Origin: Nostoc punctiforme PCC 73102
GTDB lineage: Bacteria > Cyanobacteriota > Cyanobacteriia > Cyanobacteriales > Nostocaceae
DNA length: 32,000 nucleotides
Direction: 5' to 3'
Assembly: GCF_000020025.1 (NCBI RefSeq)
Contig: NC_010628.1
Location: 1,260,001-1,292,000 of the forward strand
Shown: positions 24,456 to 32,000 of the stretch, one piece after another
How the letters are laid out: every line of letters begins with the position of its first letter
Numbering within the stretch: position 1 is the first letter of the stretch
Translations under genes and position numbers: made by a program
Notes under the pieces: model-generated
Database searches by the model: none
Seen by the model: only the letters and a program-made list of their open reading frames with translations
What the model was told of the DNA's origin: nothing

Positions 24456-25697
24456 TTAGCTATGGCTACTAACTGGTTGTTTGCTAGGCGCTATAGAACC
24501 AGTCTGTTTTTCCTGGCTGTGATTTTCGATAATTTGCTCTACAACATTTCTGTAAACTTGAGCAAATTTTTCTTTAGTATGATTTGCTCTTGCATATTCC
24601 CATGCCTGACGAGACATTAGATTTAGGTCTTCTACAGGCAAATTGGAAATACTTCTAACTTTCGCCTTAATTTCGCCAACAGAAAGATTATCGAAAATCA
24701 CACCAAAATCATGAACATCGACACCAGATTCGTAGCTTAAAATGGGAATTAACCCAGCTTGTAAGCAACTGATTACTGCTCCTGACTGTCCTTCAGAAAC
24801 GGAAGGATAAACAAGCCCTAGACAGTTATTTGTAACCTCTATAAAGTCAGGACTACTAACATTAATCCAACCATAAGTGTGGATGTTAGGTGTTTCGTAC
24901 AGTTCTTTATAGAAAGCTTGCTCAAATTCTTTGTCATTACTTACTGGACCACAAACTGTTAAATGGTATTCCGGCATTTGGGCAAAGGCATCTAAAACTA
25001 AATCTAATCCTTTCAGGACTAAAGCACTACCACCAAACCACAGAAAACGCTTTCTTACCGCTTCAAAATCTTTCTTTTCAGGATAAGGATAAACGCTAGG
25101 CGAAGAAATTGGGATACGATACATTGGTTTTTTGGCATACTTAAATGTATCAGTTGTGAAATCATTACCCAACACAATCGCACAATCGGCATGGTCAATT
25201 CCCAAGTTAGGAACCTCAAATCGTTGTGGTTTTAAGGTGATACCTTTGCGCCGTTGTAGTTCTAGAAGCCTGTTGCATTCTGCTGCATTACGAAAGACCA
25301 TATTCGCAATGTCAACGTGGAAAATTTTGATGCAATCTTTATTGAGTTTTGGTGCAAGTGCTTCCATCCGATGACGGATATCGATGAAAAATGCGTAGTG
25401 CTTTTGCGGAACGAATTTATCATTGTGGAACTGGATAACATCAACGTTGTAACCCAAGTCTAAAAAAGTTTGGGCTATTTGCCAAACTTCCCAGTACCAA
25501 GTATGGTCGTTAGGCATTAGCTGACCAGGTTTTAAGAGGAATGGCTCAATCCGATAAGAAAGAAGTACATTCCCCTTGGAAGGCTGTTTTGGCTTTAGAG
25601 AAACAACCTGTAAGGTCTTAGCGTAATTGATCCGAGCTTGAACTTTTTTGGAAACAAAAGAGATAGTTTTTTCGACACGAGATAAAATATTTGACAT
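24456..25697 (-). CDS. Glycosyltransferase, GT-B fold (GT4-like C-domain, atypical N-domain)
   Basis: 413-aa ATG ORF. The C-domain reads RFLWFGGSALVLKGLDLVLDAFAQMPEYHLTVCGP ... LVYPSVSEGQSGAVISCLQAGLIPILSYESGV. Confidence 0.7.
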   Translation of the reverse strand: MSNILSRVEKTISFVSKKVQARINYAKTLQVVSLKPKQPSKGNVLLSYRIEPFLLKPGQLMPNDHTWYWEVWQIAQTFLDLGYNVDVIQFHNDKFVPQKHYAFFIDIRHRMEALAPKLNKDCIKIFHVDIANMVFRNAAECNRLLELQRRKGITLKPQRFEVPNLGIDHADCAIVLGNDFTTDTFKYAKKPMYRIPISSPSVYPYPEKKDFEAVRKRFLWFGGSALVLKGLDLVLDAFAQMPEYHLTVCGPVSNDKEFEQAFYKELYETPNIHTYGWINVSSPDFIEVTNNCLGLVYPSVSEGQSGAVISCLQAGLIPILSYESGVDVHDFGVIFDNLSVGEIKAKVRSISNLPVEDLNLMSRQAWEYARANHTKEKFAQVYRNVVEQIIENHSQEKQTGSIAPSKQPVSSHS

Positions 25698-25835
25698 TTA
25701 TTTCTACCCAAATTCATTAATTTAATATCTCAAGTTTTAATTAGTAATTGACATTTTTATGTACACCAATTCTAATTTTTCTCCTTTGCGGTTCGTTAAA
25801 AAAATAATTTTACGAACCATTTAATACCCCTGTCT

Positions 25836-26390
25836 TTATCTAGAAGTACCGCCAACTGTCATCATTCTTAACAAAGGCCAATTTAAATCTTTCTCAGATA
25901 TTTCAGTCACATCTAGAGGCCAATCAATGGCAAAGAATGGGTCATCATAGCGTAAACCTCTCTCATACCCTGGCGTGTAAAATTCGCCTACTTGATATAC
26001 AACTTCAGTCTCATCTGTGAGTGCTTGATAGCCGTGAGCAAACATTTCTGGAACATACAAAGCGCGGCGGTTTTCTGGTGTTAATTCCACACCAATATGG
26101 GATAAAAAGCTAGGAGATTCAGGGCGCATATCAATAATTACGTCATAGATAGCGCCTTTAGTACAGCGAATTAATTTCGTTTCTGCTGCTGGCAGAATTT
26201 GATAGTGCATTCCCCGGATAGTGCCTTTTTTGTAGTTAAAAGATAGGTTGCATTGGGCAACTGTTGGCTTTAATCCGTGTGCTTCAAATTCTTGAGCGCA
26301 GAAAGACCGAGCAAAAAAACCACGGTGGTCTGGTTTTTCTTCTAAATCAATAATGAATGCGTCTTTGAGTACGGTTTCAGTGAAAATCAT
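25836..26390 (-). CDS. NDP-4-dehydro-6-deoxyhexose 3,5-epimerase-like cupin (RmlC family)
   Basis: Motifs: DHRGFFARSF, TIRGMHYQ, KLIRCTKGAIYDVIIDMR, FAHGYQAL, VVYQVGEFYTPGYERGLRYDDP. I place the start at ATG 26390 (MIFTETVL...). The longer 26432 start would run into a repeat element. Confidence 0.85.
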   Translation of the reverse strand: MIFTETVLKDAFIIDLEEKPDHRGFFARSFCAQEFEAHGLKPTVAQCNLSFNYKKGTIRGMHYQILPAAETKLIRCTKGAIYDVIIDMRPESPSFLSHIGVELTPENRRALYVPEMFAHGYQALTDETEVVYQVGEFYTPGYERGLRYDDPFFAIDWPLDVTEISEKDLNWPLLRMMTVGGTSR

Positions 26391-26431
26391 TTGATTGCTT
26401 TGAGGTAAATGTTGATTAAAGAAAAGAAACA

Positions 26432-26559
26432 AACCACAGAGGCGCAGAGGGCACGGAGAGATGAGAGTTTGAGATATATTTTGTGTTAGTAATCTAGAAA
26501 TTTCATCGGGTGCAACTCCTTTCTTTCTCTTCCTCTATGTTCTCTGTGCCTCTGCGGTT
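26432..26559. repeat. About 128-bp MITE-like element with 18-nt terminal inverted repeats
   Basis: The left TIR is aaccacagaggcgcagag (26432-26449). The right TIR ctctgtgcctctgcggtt (26542-26559) reverse-complements to aaccgcagaggcacagag, a 16/18 match. Related ctctgtg.ctctg.ggt ends occur at 12381-12397 and 8314-8322. Confidence 0.75.
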
Positions 26560-26593
26560 AATTAAATTAGATATTCTTCTGGCGAGAACGTTT

Positions 26594-27445
26594 TTAAGTC
26601 GAAGCTTTAACTGCATCAGATGCAGAACGTAACTCTGCTCTGGGATAAGTATCATCCCAGTATTGGGTGCAGAGGTCTGGCCGTTCAGGAGGATTGGCGG
26701 TGTAACAAAAGAATAGTGTTGACCGGTCTTCTGTACGAACTGTGCCGTGATGTAAAGCATTTTTCGTATCTACAATAATGACTGTACCTGCTGGACCTGG
26801 GCAGGATTTCCAAGCTGATTTGGGGATGACTGGTTTTACTTGTTCATCGTCGATACCCATATAGCCTGACTTCCAAAGTTTGTAGTAAAGTCGAAAATAA
26901 TTCCAACTAAATAAGGAAGTTAACGAGCGAGGGATGTATTGAAAAGGCCCAGTTTTTTCTTCTACATCATTCAAGTAAATAATGATTTTGATAATCCGTC
27001 GGTCTTCGGCATCGCTATGCCATAGTAGCGTCCCAAACTGATGTTTACTCTTGAAATCTTTGCGTAAATGTACACCATGAAAAGCAATTGGAAGACCGAT
27101 ATAATTTTCGATGATGTTGAGTAGCCTTTTCTCTATCCCCCAGGCATAAAATTCTGGTAAACCTGTAACTGTATAAATTTGTGGCAATCTTTCATCTAGA
27201 TGCTCATTGGTGGGATTTTCCATCTGAAACAATTGATGGTGAGCAGCTTTGAGCAGTTCTGAGCTAGAGTCGAACCCTAAATCTGCCAAGTTGGTGACGC
27301 AAACACCATCTTTTTTGAGGGTCTTAAGGATGTTGCGATCGCTTCCTGCTAATGCTGGCAGATTTTTGCTATGCTTCCAACGAGCTAGGTAATATTCAAA
27401 GTCAGATGAGAGTGTAGCTATTTTGCGTTTAATCGCTTTGAACAT
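26594..27445 (-). CDS. Fe(II)/2-oxoglutarate-dependent dioxygenase, PhyH-like
   Basis: 283-aa ATG ORF. The facial-triad candidates are WHSDAED (HxD) and a distal ALHHGTVRTEDRS (His followed by Arg 9-10 residues later). This spacing pattern is typical of phytanoyl-CoA-dioxygenase-type enzymes. Confidence 0.65.
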   Translation of the reverse strand: MFKAIKRKIATLSSDFEYYLARWKHSKNLPALAGSDRNILKTLKKDGVCVTNLADLGFDSSSELLKAAHHQLFQMENPTNEHLDERLPQIYTVTGLPEFYAWGIEKRLLNIIENYIGLPIAFHGVHLRKDFKSKHQFGTLLWHSDAEDRRIIKIIIYLNDVEEKTGPFQYIPRSLTSLFSWNYFRLYYKLWKSGYMGIDDEQVKPVIPKSAWKSCPGPAGTVIIVDTKNALHHGTVRTEDRSTLFFCYTANPPERPDLCTQYWDDTYPRAELRSASDAVKAST

Positions 27446-27494
27446 GGCGCAAATCCTTCTCTTATTGATATATAGTTGTTAGTAATTAGTTAGT

Positions 27495-28502
27495 TTATGG
27501 CTTATAGGTACGTACTTCTTCAGTAGATATTTCGCTTGATTCTGCTAAACCGAATTCTTTAGAAACCATCACATCAAAAGCACATAAGCTGACTAAAGCC
27601 AAAAATGGAACTACTGTTTTGATGGCAGACATCGGCCATCTTCTTAAAGCACCCAAGAAAACTTTTAAGTTGACTTCTTTACCGTTCTGCAAAAGCATCC
27701 GTCTACAAAATTGCTTAGAATATCCACTCTGCTCTAATTTCAAAATCACTTCAGGAATATGTTTGTATTGCATTAACAGTGCTGACTTTGGTTCTTTCTG
27801 CCAATAACTCACACCAACAACACATTCTAAATAAGTCTCTTTAGTGACAATTACACTACCATTAGCAGCACAATATCCGGCTAAATATGCTAAAGATATC
27901 CAGTTATTCTCAGCATCTTGCCAATCTTGTAGAGCGCGTTTTACTAAGTCAGTGCGATAGACTGTAGCAGTTAAAAAAATGACTGCGCCGACACTTTTTG
28001 AAAAACAATGTTCAAATATGGCTTTACCATCACCCTTACCATCTTCACTATCAACATCAAACCAGCGATTACCAACGATTGTTGGTGGATGAACTGGTTC
28101 ACCAGTCAGTTGGTTACGACCGGAAAAATTGAGGAACAATAATGTTAAATCTTCGTGTTGTTTAAGTTTGCTAATCACATAAGCAATTGCTATATCTTGA
28201 ATTGGGTCATCATCGCCGATTGTCCAAACATATTTTGTTGTTGTAGACTTTAGGCAATACATAATATTTTTAACTACGCCTAAATTCTTTAAATTCTTAT
28301 TTGATTTAAATGTAATATTGTTAAGTATTGCTTGCCATTTTTGGATTACCTCTTGAGTATTATCTGTTGAACAATTATCGGAGACTAAAATCTCACATTC
28401 ATCTTCAAAACCTTTGATAGCTTGAGCCAACCATGTTAGCTGTTTATCAAGTAACCCGGCACGATTATAAGTGGGTATGGCAATAGTCAGGAGTTTATTC
28501 AT
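27495..28502 (-). CDS. Glycosyltransferase family 2 with a C-terminal hydrophobic segment
   Basis: 335-aa ATG ORF. Motifs: LTIAIPTYNRAGLLDKQLTWL...ILVSDNCSTDNT and the DxD-type IGDDDP. The C-terminus has VVPFLALVSLCAFDVMV. Confidence 0.9.
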   Translation of the reverse strand: MNKLLTIAIPTYNRAGLLDKQLTWLAQAIKGFEDECEILVSDNCSTDNTQEVIQKWQAILNNITFKSNKNLKNLGVVKNIMYCLKSTTTKYVWTIGDDDPIQDIAIAYVISKLKQHEDLTLLFLNFSGRNQLTGEPVHPPTIVGNRWFDVDSEDGKGDGKAIFEHCFSKSVGAVIFLTATVYRTDLVKRALQDWQDAENNWISLAYLAGYCAANGSVIVTKETYLECVVGVSYWQKEPKSALLMQYKHIPEVILKLEQSGYSKQFCRRMLLQNGKEVNLKVFLGALRRWPMSAIKTVVPFLALVSLCAFDVMVSKEFGLAESSEISTEEVRTYKP

Positions 28503-28701
28503 ATTAAGCTTAAATCTATAGTTAAAAGGCTACTAACAACAGCTTGTTGATAAACAAGTTGCTTTTAAGTGGATTTTTTGATATTTGACAACAAAAGCTT
28601 TATGAAACTACGCCTTTTAGTTACTTTTTACCTATTGTCTATGCTCATAACGGCAACAATAAAATAGTAATAAAAGGCGCTTTTTGGGTTATAATTAGTA
28701 A

Positions 28702-29970
28702 TTACGATGCTATTAAAAGCCTATCCGGAATTGGACACGGATAAATTTTTACTTCAGGAATTGGTACAACAAACTGTCCACCCCACTCGCCAATAAATGC
28801 CATTTGTTCCATAATTTCCTCTTTGAGATTCCAAGGTAAAATTAGGACATAATCTGGTTTAGTTTCGCGGATTTTGTCTGGTTCAAAGATGGAAATATGA
28901 GTCCCAGGCAAAAATAAGTCTTGTTTGTAAGGATTGCAATCGACTGTGTAATCGATAAAATCTTTCCCAATCCCACAGTAATTAAGCAATGTGTTGCCTT
29001 TGGCTGGTGCGCCATAACCAACAATTGATTTTCCTTCTGCTTTTGCACTCAGAAGGAAATTTAATAGCTTATGCTTTGTTTGTCTGGCTTTTTCGCCAAA
29101 TGTAATATAAGTCTCTATCCGATGCAGTCCAGCAGAAATTTCTTTTGTTTTTAGATGGCTAACTCGGTCACTGATGCCAGGACTATCAGCATTGTCATGT
29201 TTGGCATAAATTCTTAGTGAACCGCCATGAGTTGATAATTCCTCCACATCAAAAAGTTGCAAATTGTGTGCTGCAAAAATCTTTTCGATAGCAAGAAATG
29301 AGAAGTAAGAAAAATGCTCGTGATAAATAGTATCAAACTGATTTTGTTGAATCAATTGCAATATGTGAGGAAACTCCATCGTCAAAATACCATGCGGTTT
29401 GAGGATGAGTTTCATTCCAGCTATGAAATCATTTAAATCTGGTACATGAGCTAAAACATTATTGCCTATCAAAAGATCGGCTAGTTTTCCTTGTATCACA
29501 AGTTCTTTGGCAGTCTCAACCCCAAAAAACTTGTTGATACTAGGAATACCTCTATCTTGAGCTATCTTAGCTATATTTGCGGCTGGTTCTATTCCTAAAA
29601 CTGGGATTCCCTTTTCTACAAAATATTGCAGTAGGTAGCCATCGTTGCTGGCGATCTCAATAATTTGATTATGACGATTAAAGCCAAATTTTTCTACCAT
29701 CATATCGGTGTAAGCTTTGACGTGCTTTAGCCAACTTACTGAGTAAGAAGAAAAGTAAGCATAATCGCTAAAAATACGATCGGGAGTTTCAAATTGTTCT
29801 AATTGAACTAAAAGAGTGTCTTCAGACACATAAGCATGGAGCGGATAAAATTTTTCGGCATGATTTAGCTGTTCTGCTGTCAGATAAGCATTGGCTAAAG
29901 GTGACATTCCTAAATCAATAAAGGTTTGGTGCAGAGGTTGACCACTAAAACGGCATTTTGCGTTCGCCAT
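28702..29970 (-). CDS. Class I SAM-dependent methyltransferase of the NDP-hexose C-methyltransferase (TylCIII/TcaB9-like) architecture
   Basis: The ORF track starts at TTG 29979; ATG 29970 (MANAKC...) is the more likely start. The N-terminal segment is CRFSGQPLHQTFIDLGMSPLANAY...YPLHAYVSEDTLLVQL. The SAM-binding core is IIEIASNDGYLLQYF...GIEPA. The C-terminal domain is GKSIVGYGAPAKGNTLLNYCGI...DYVLILPWNLKEEI. Confidence 0.75.
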   Translation of the reverse strand: MANAKCRFSGQPLHQTFIDLGMSPLANAYLTAEQLNHAEKFYPLHAYVSEDTLLVQLEQFETPDRIFSDYAYFSSYSVSWLKHVKAYTDMMVEKFGFNRHNQIIEIASNDGYLLQYFVEKGIPVLGIEPAANIAKIAQDRGIPSINKFFGVETAKELVIQGKLADLLIGNNVLAHVPDLNDFIAGMKLILKPHGILTMEFPHILQLIQQNQFDTIYHEHFSYFSFLAIEKIFAAHNLQLFDVEELSTHGGSLRIYAKHDNADSPGISDRVSHLKTKEISAGLHRIETYITFGEKARQTKHKLLNFLLSAKAEGKSIVGYGAPAKGNTLLNYCGIGKDFIDYTVDCNPYKQDLFLPGTHISIFEPDKIRETKPDYVLILPWNLKEEIMEQMAFIGEWGGQFVVPIPEVKIYPCPIPDRLLIAS

Positions 29971-30080
29971 AAATTTCAACTCACTGATTACAAATAATTT
30001 GATGGATGAAATAAGTCCGAACCAAATATTGTTGATTCGGAAACTTAGATTATTTCTTCTTTGCTGCTAGGCAGCTCTAT

Positions 30081-31109
30081 CTACTTTTTATTCCAGAAGA
30101 AATCTTTGTCAATTTGCTCGGTGCGGATTAGATACTCTAGCTGTTTTAAGCGAGTAAATCCTCTAAACAAGAAAGTGTCTTCAGCCATATCTATTTGGCT
30201 AAATAAATCAAATAGCTGCTGGGCACCAAGTCGGGCATTCCAATCACATTTAAATCCGGGGAGAATTGTGTTGATTTTCTCGAAGGATACCCGATAGCTG
30301 CGGTTATCTGAGCCGTTGTCACCAAAGGACAATTTACAATCTGGGAAAATATCAGCAATAATTTCTGCGATTTCTTTGACACGATAGTTGTTTGCTGTGT
30401 CTCCCACGTTGAAGATTTGGTTATGTACAATATCTCGTGGTGCTTCTAAAGCACAGACTATTGCTTTGCAAATATCCAGTGCGTGGACTAATGGCCGCCA
30501 AGGTGTACCATCACTGGTCATTTTGATTTGTTTGCTAGTCCATGCCAACCCAGCTAAGTTGTTTAAAACAATATCAAAGCGCATTCTGGGAGAAGCACCA
30601 AAGGCTGTGGCATTCCGCATAAAGGTGGGAGAGAAATCATCGTCAGCTAGTGGTGTGACATCCCGTTCTACTAGAGTTTTGCACTCTGCGTAGGCTGTTT
30701 GGGGATTAATTGGGGATTCTTCTGTGACATCACCTGCGGTAGCAACACCGTAGACACTACACGAAGACATATATACAAAACGACGCACACCCATAGCTTT
30801 AGCTAGGCTAGCGAGACGAACTGAACCTACATGATTAATTTCGTAGGTAATATTGGGTGCTAATTGTCCGGCTGGGTCGTTAGAAAGTTCCGCCATGTGA
30901 ACTATTGCTTCAACACCTTCCAAATCATCAGGGGTGATGTTGCGGATATCTTTGTTAAGGGTTTTAGGTGTTACCCCATTAGCGTTGTATAGCCAACCAA
31001 CTTTATAGAACCCTGTATCTAGGCCGATAACTTCATGTCCACGTTCGATTAACAGAGGCGGTAATAATGAACCTAGATAGCCTTCTGTTCCAGTTACTAA
31101 TATTTTCAT
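30081..31109 (-). CDS. NAD-dependent sugar epimerase/dehydratase (extended SDR)
   Basis: 342-aa ATG ORF. It has the N-terminal Rossmann motif MKILVTGTEGYLGSLL and the catalytic YAECK (YxxxK). It is the first gene of the co-directional cluster. Confidence 0.85.
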   Translation of the reverse strand: MKILVTGTEGYLGSLLPPLLIERGHEVIGLDTGFYKVGWLYNANGVTPKTLNKDIRNITPDDLEGVEAIVHMAELSNDPAGQLAPNITYEINHVGSVRLASLAKAMGVRRFVYMSSCSVYGVATAGDVTEESPINPQTAYAECKTLVERDVTPLADDDFSPTFMRNATAFGASPRMRFDIVLNNLAGLAWTSKQIKMTSDGTPWRPLVHALDICKAIVCALEAPRDIVHNQIFNVGDTANNYRVKEIAEIIADIFPDCKLSFGDNGSDNRSYRVSFEKINTILPGFKCDWNARLGAQQLFDLFSQIDMAEDTFLFRGFTRLKQLEYLIRTEQIDKDFFWNKK

Positions 31110-31199
31110 TGTGGTTAACGCCTTTGTATTGATGAGTTAAATTTTTCGTTTAGTATAGGCGCACAGATGTTCGCCCTAAAAGGTGTTGCATCCAAGAAG

Positions 31200-31407
31200 G
31201 AACCGCTATATTTTTCGTTTGTATGCAATCATTTGACCTCTCTCCTCTTAGGAGAGAGGCTTTGAATCTTGCTCTCATTCCCTTGTAGGGAAGGGGTTGG
31301 GGGTTAGGTCATTGGACTCAACCCAGAAGCGCTATATATAACTCGGCTAACAGTCATTACATAGTTTGCCGACTTACCTATTGAGTAACAGCACTCTATA
31401 GCGGTTC
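31200..31407. repeat. About 208-bp element bounded by an 11-bp perfect inverted repeat, with internal hairpins
   Basis: gaaccgctata (31200-31210) pairs with tatagcggttc (31397-31407). The internal hairpin is cctctctcc-tctta-ggagagagg (31237-31259). The G-rich segment cccttgtagggaaggggttgggggttagg is typical of Nostoc dispersed repeats. Confidence 0.65.
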
Positions 31408-31541
31408 TTAATTGATGCACTACACTTTTTTCTTGTGAGATAGGTATCTTACCCGTCTCTTATATTTCCAGGCTGGAAAAGATGCCCACTATACAAGATT
31501 CATCCTTTTATTCAGCAGCCCGGAAGTAATAACAATGTTAT

Positions 31542-32000
31542 CTATGCAGTTACTGCAATATCTAGATGCGAGGGTTGGGGAATTTCTGCTACAAGCGCTT
31601 TGCCGATTTCTAGAGAAGATGTGGCCGCTGGAGAAGGAGCATTGCAAACATGGATGGAGTTTTGACCGGAAACAATCAAAAAGTCGTCTACAAGTTTGCC
31701 GTCGTTCATTAAGGCTTGAGCGCGAACTCCTGCGTGGGTGGGAACTAAGTCTTCTGCTTGGACTTCGGGAATTAGTTTTTGCAAACTTCTGGTGAAGGCT
31801 GCTTTACTAAAGGAACGAATGATTTCTTGGATGCCTTCATCAGCGTGTTTGGCTGCCAATTTCCAGAAACCAGGATAGGTGACGACTTCAAGAAAATCTC
31901 GTAAGTCAAAGTCGGTTTTTTTGTAACCTTCGCGTTTGAGGGATAGAACCGCATTTGGTCCTGCGTGAACGCTACCATCAATCATCCGGGTAAAGTGGAC
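31542..32000 (-). CDS. lhgO: L-2-hydroxyglutarate oxidase (FAD-dependent), 3' portion; the gene continues beyond the window
   Basis: The C-terminal sequence is (VHFTR)MIDGSVHAGPNAVLSLKREGYKK...GVRAQALMNDGKLVDDFLI...IHVCNAPSPAATSSLEIGKAL. This matches my recollection of the LhgO/YgaF family C-terminus. The reading frame stays open to position 32000. Confidence 0.8.
   Translation of the reverse strand, partial: VHFTRMIDGSVHAGPNAVLSLKREGYKKTDFDLRDFLEVVTYPGFWKLAAKHADEGIQEIIRSFSKAAFTRSLQKLIPEVQAEDLVPTHAGVRAQALMNDGKLVDDFLIVSGQNSIHVCNAPSPAATSSLEIGKALVAEIPQPSHLDIAVTA

Noticed and set aside
25836-26432. The longer start (26432) for the RmlC-like gene given by the ORF track.
   Set aside because: The extra 14 residues (MFLFFNQHLPQSNQ) have no counterpart in RmlC-family N-termini as I know them, and they begin inside the left TIR of a repeat element. 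ATG 26390 is preferred, though this is unverified.
5826-31981. Other short ORFs inside or antisense to the large genes: 5826-6038, 7910-8254, 9225-9431, 9801-9995, 10241-10486, 10856-11065, 16767-16964, 17007-17189, 20061-20267, 23465-23809, 23852-24067, 24890-25099, 25132-25374, 25262-25444, 27619-27807, 28842-29048, 30061-30297, 30191-30430, 30388-30693, 31535-31795, 31772-31981.
   Set aside because: Each overlaps a longer ORF with strong family motifs. None shows a recognisable motif, and most have low-complexity or Cys/Ser-rich composition. They are treated as frame shadows.
1-32000. A search for a defence system, toxin-antitoxin pair, prophage or integrase, retron/RT, tRNA/rRNA, or riboswitch-like leader.
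   Set aside because: No ORF carries nuclease, ATPase-defence, RT, integrase or transposase motifs that I can recognise. I saw no cloverleaf-like tRNA signatures (no GGTTCGAATCC-type T-arm). The non-coding gaps are accounted for by dispersed repeats. Absence by eye is not proof, and HMM or covariance-model scans would be needed.

Overview
This window looks like chromosomal DNA from a filamentous, heterocyst-forming cyanobacterium (Nostoc/Anabaena type). It is AT-rich by eye and carries many HIP1 octamers (GCGATCGC, e.g. 1659-1666, 3250-3257, 18983-18990, 19192-19199). STRR-type heptamer arrays and hairpin or terminal-inverted-repeat (TIR) elements fill almost every intergenic gap. The left 7 kb holds an M23 peptidase (+), an MscS-family channel (-) and an EAL-GAF-GGDEF c-di-GMP protein (-). 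From 7.0 to 31.1 kb there are 18 co-directional minus-strand genes forming one large glycan-assembly island. It contains 5 GT-B/GT4-like and 3 GT2 glycosyltransferases, an unassigned GT-A-like protein, a Wzy-like polymerase, a Wzc-like co-polymerase/kinase, a HepC-like degenerate sugar-phosphate transferase and a HepA-like MsbA-type ABC exporter. It also carries a sugar-tailoring cassette: SDR epimerase/dehydratase, C-methyltransferase-like protein, PhyH-like Fe(II)/2OG dioxygenase, RmlC-like cupin and SAF-type NAD(P) oxidoreductase. Gene content and the hepC-hepA adjacency resemble the heterocyst envelope polysaccharide (HEP) island of Anabaena PCC 7120. The right edge is the 3' part of an L-2-hydroxyglutarate oxidase gene. 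I found no rRNA, tRNA, CRISPR, transposase, integrase, toxin-antitoxin or recognisable defence genes. The most unusual points are the catalytically degenerate HepC-like protein, a Wzy/Wzc pathway with no Wzx or Wza but an ABC exporter, a 2OG dioxygenase and a Zn-site-less C-methyltransferase inside a glycan cluster, and the way repeat elements are built into the operon spacers, including supplying stop codons. All functional calls rest on motif recognition by eye. No searches were run.
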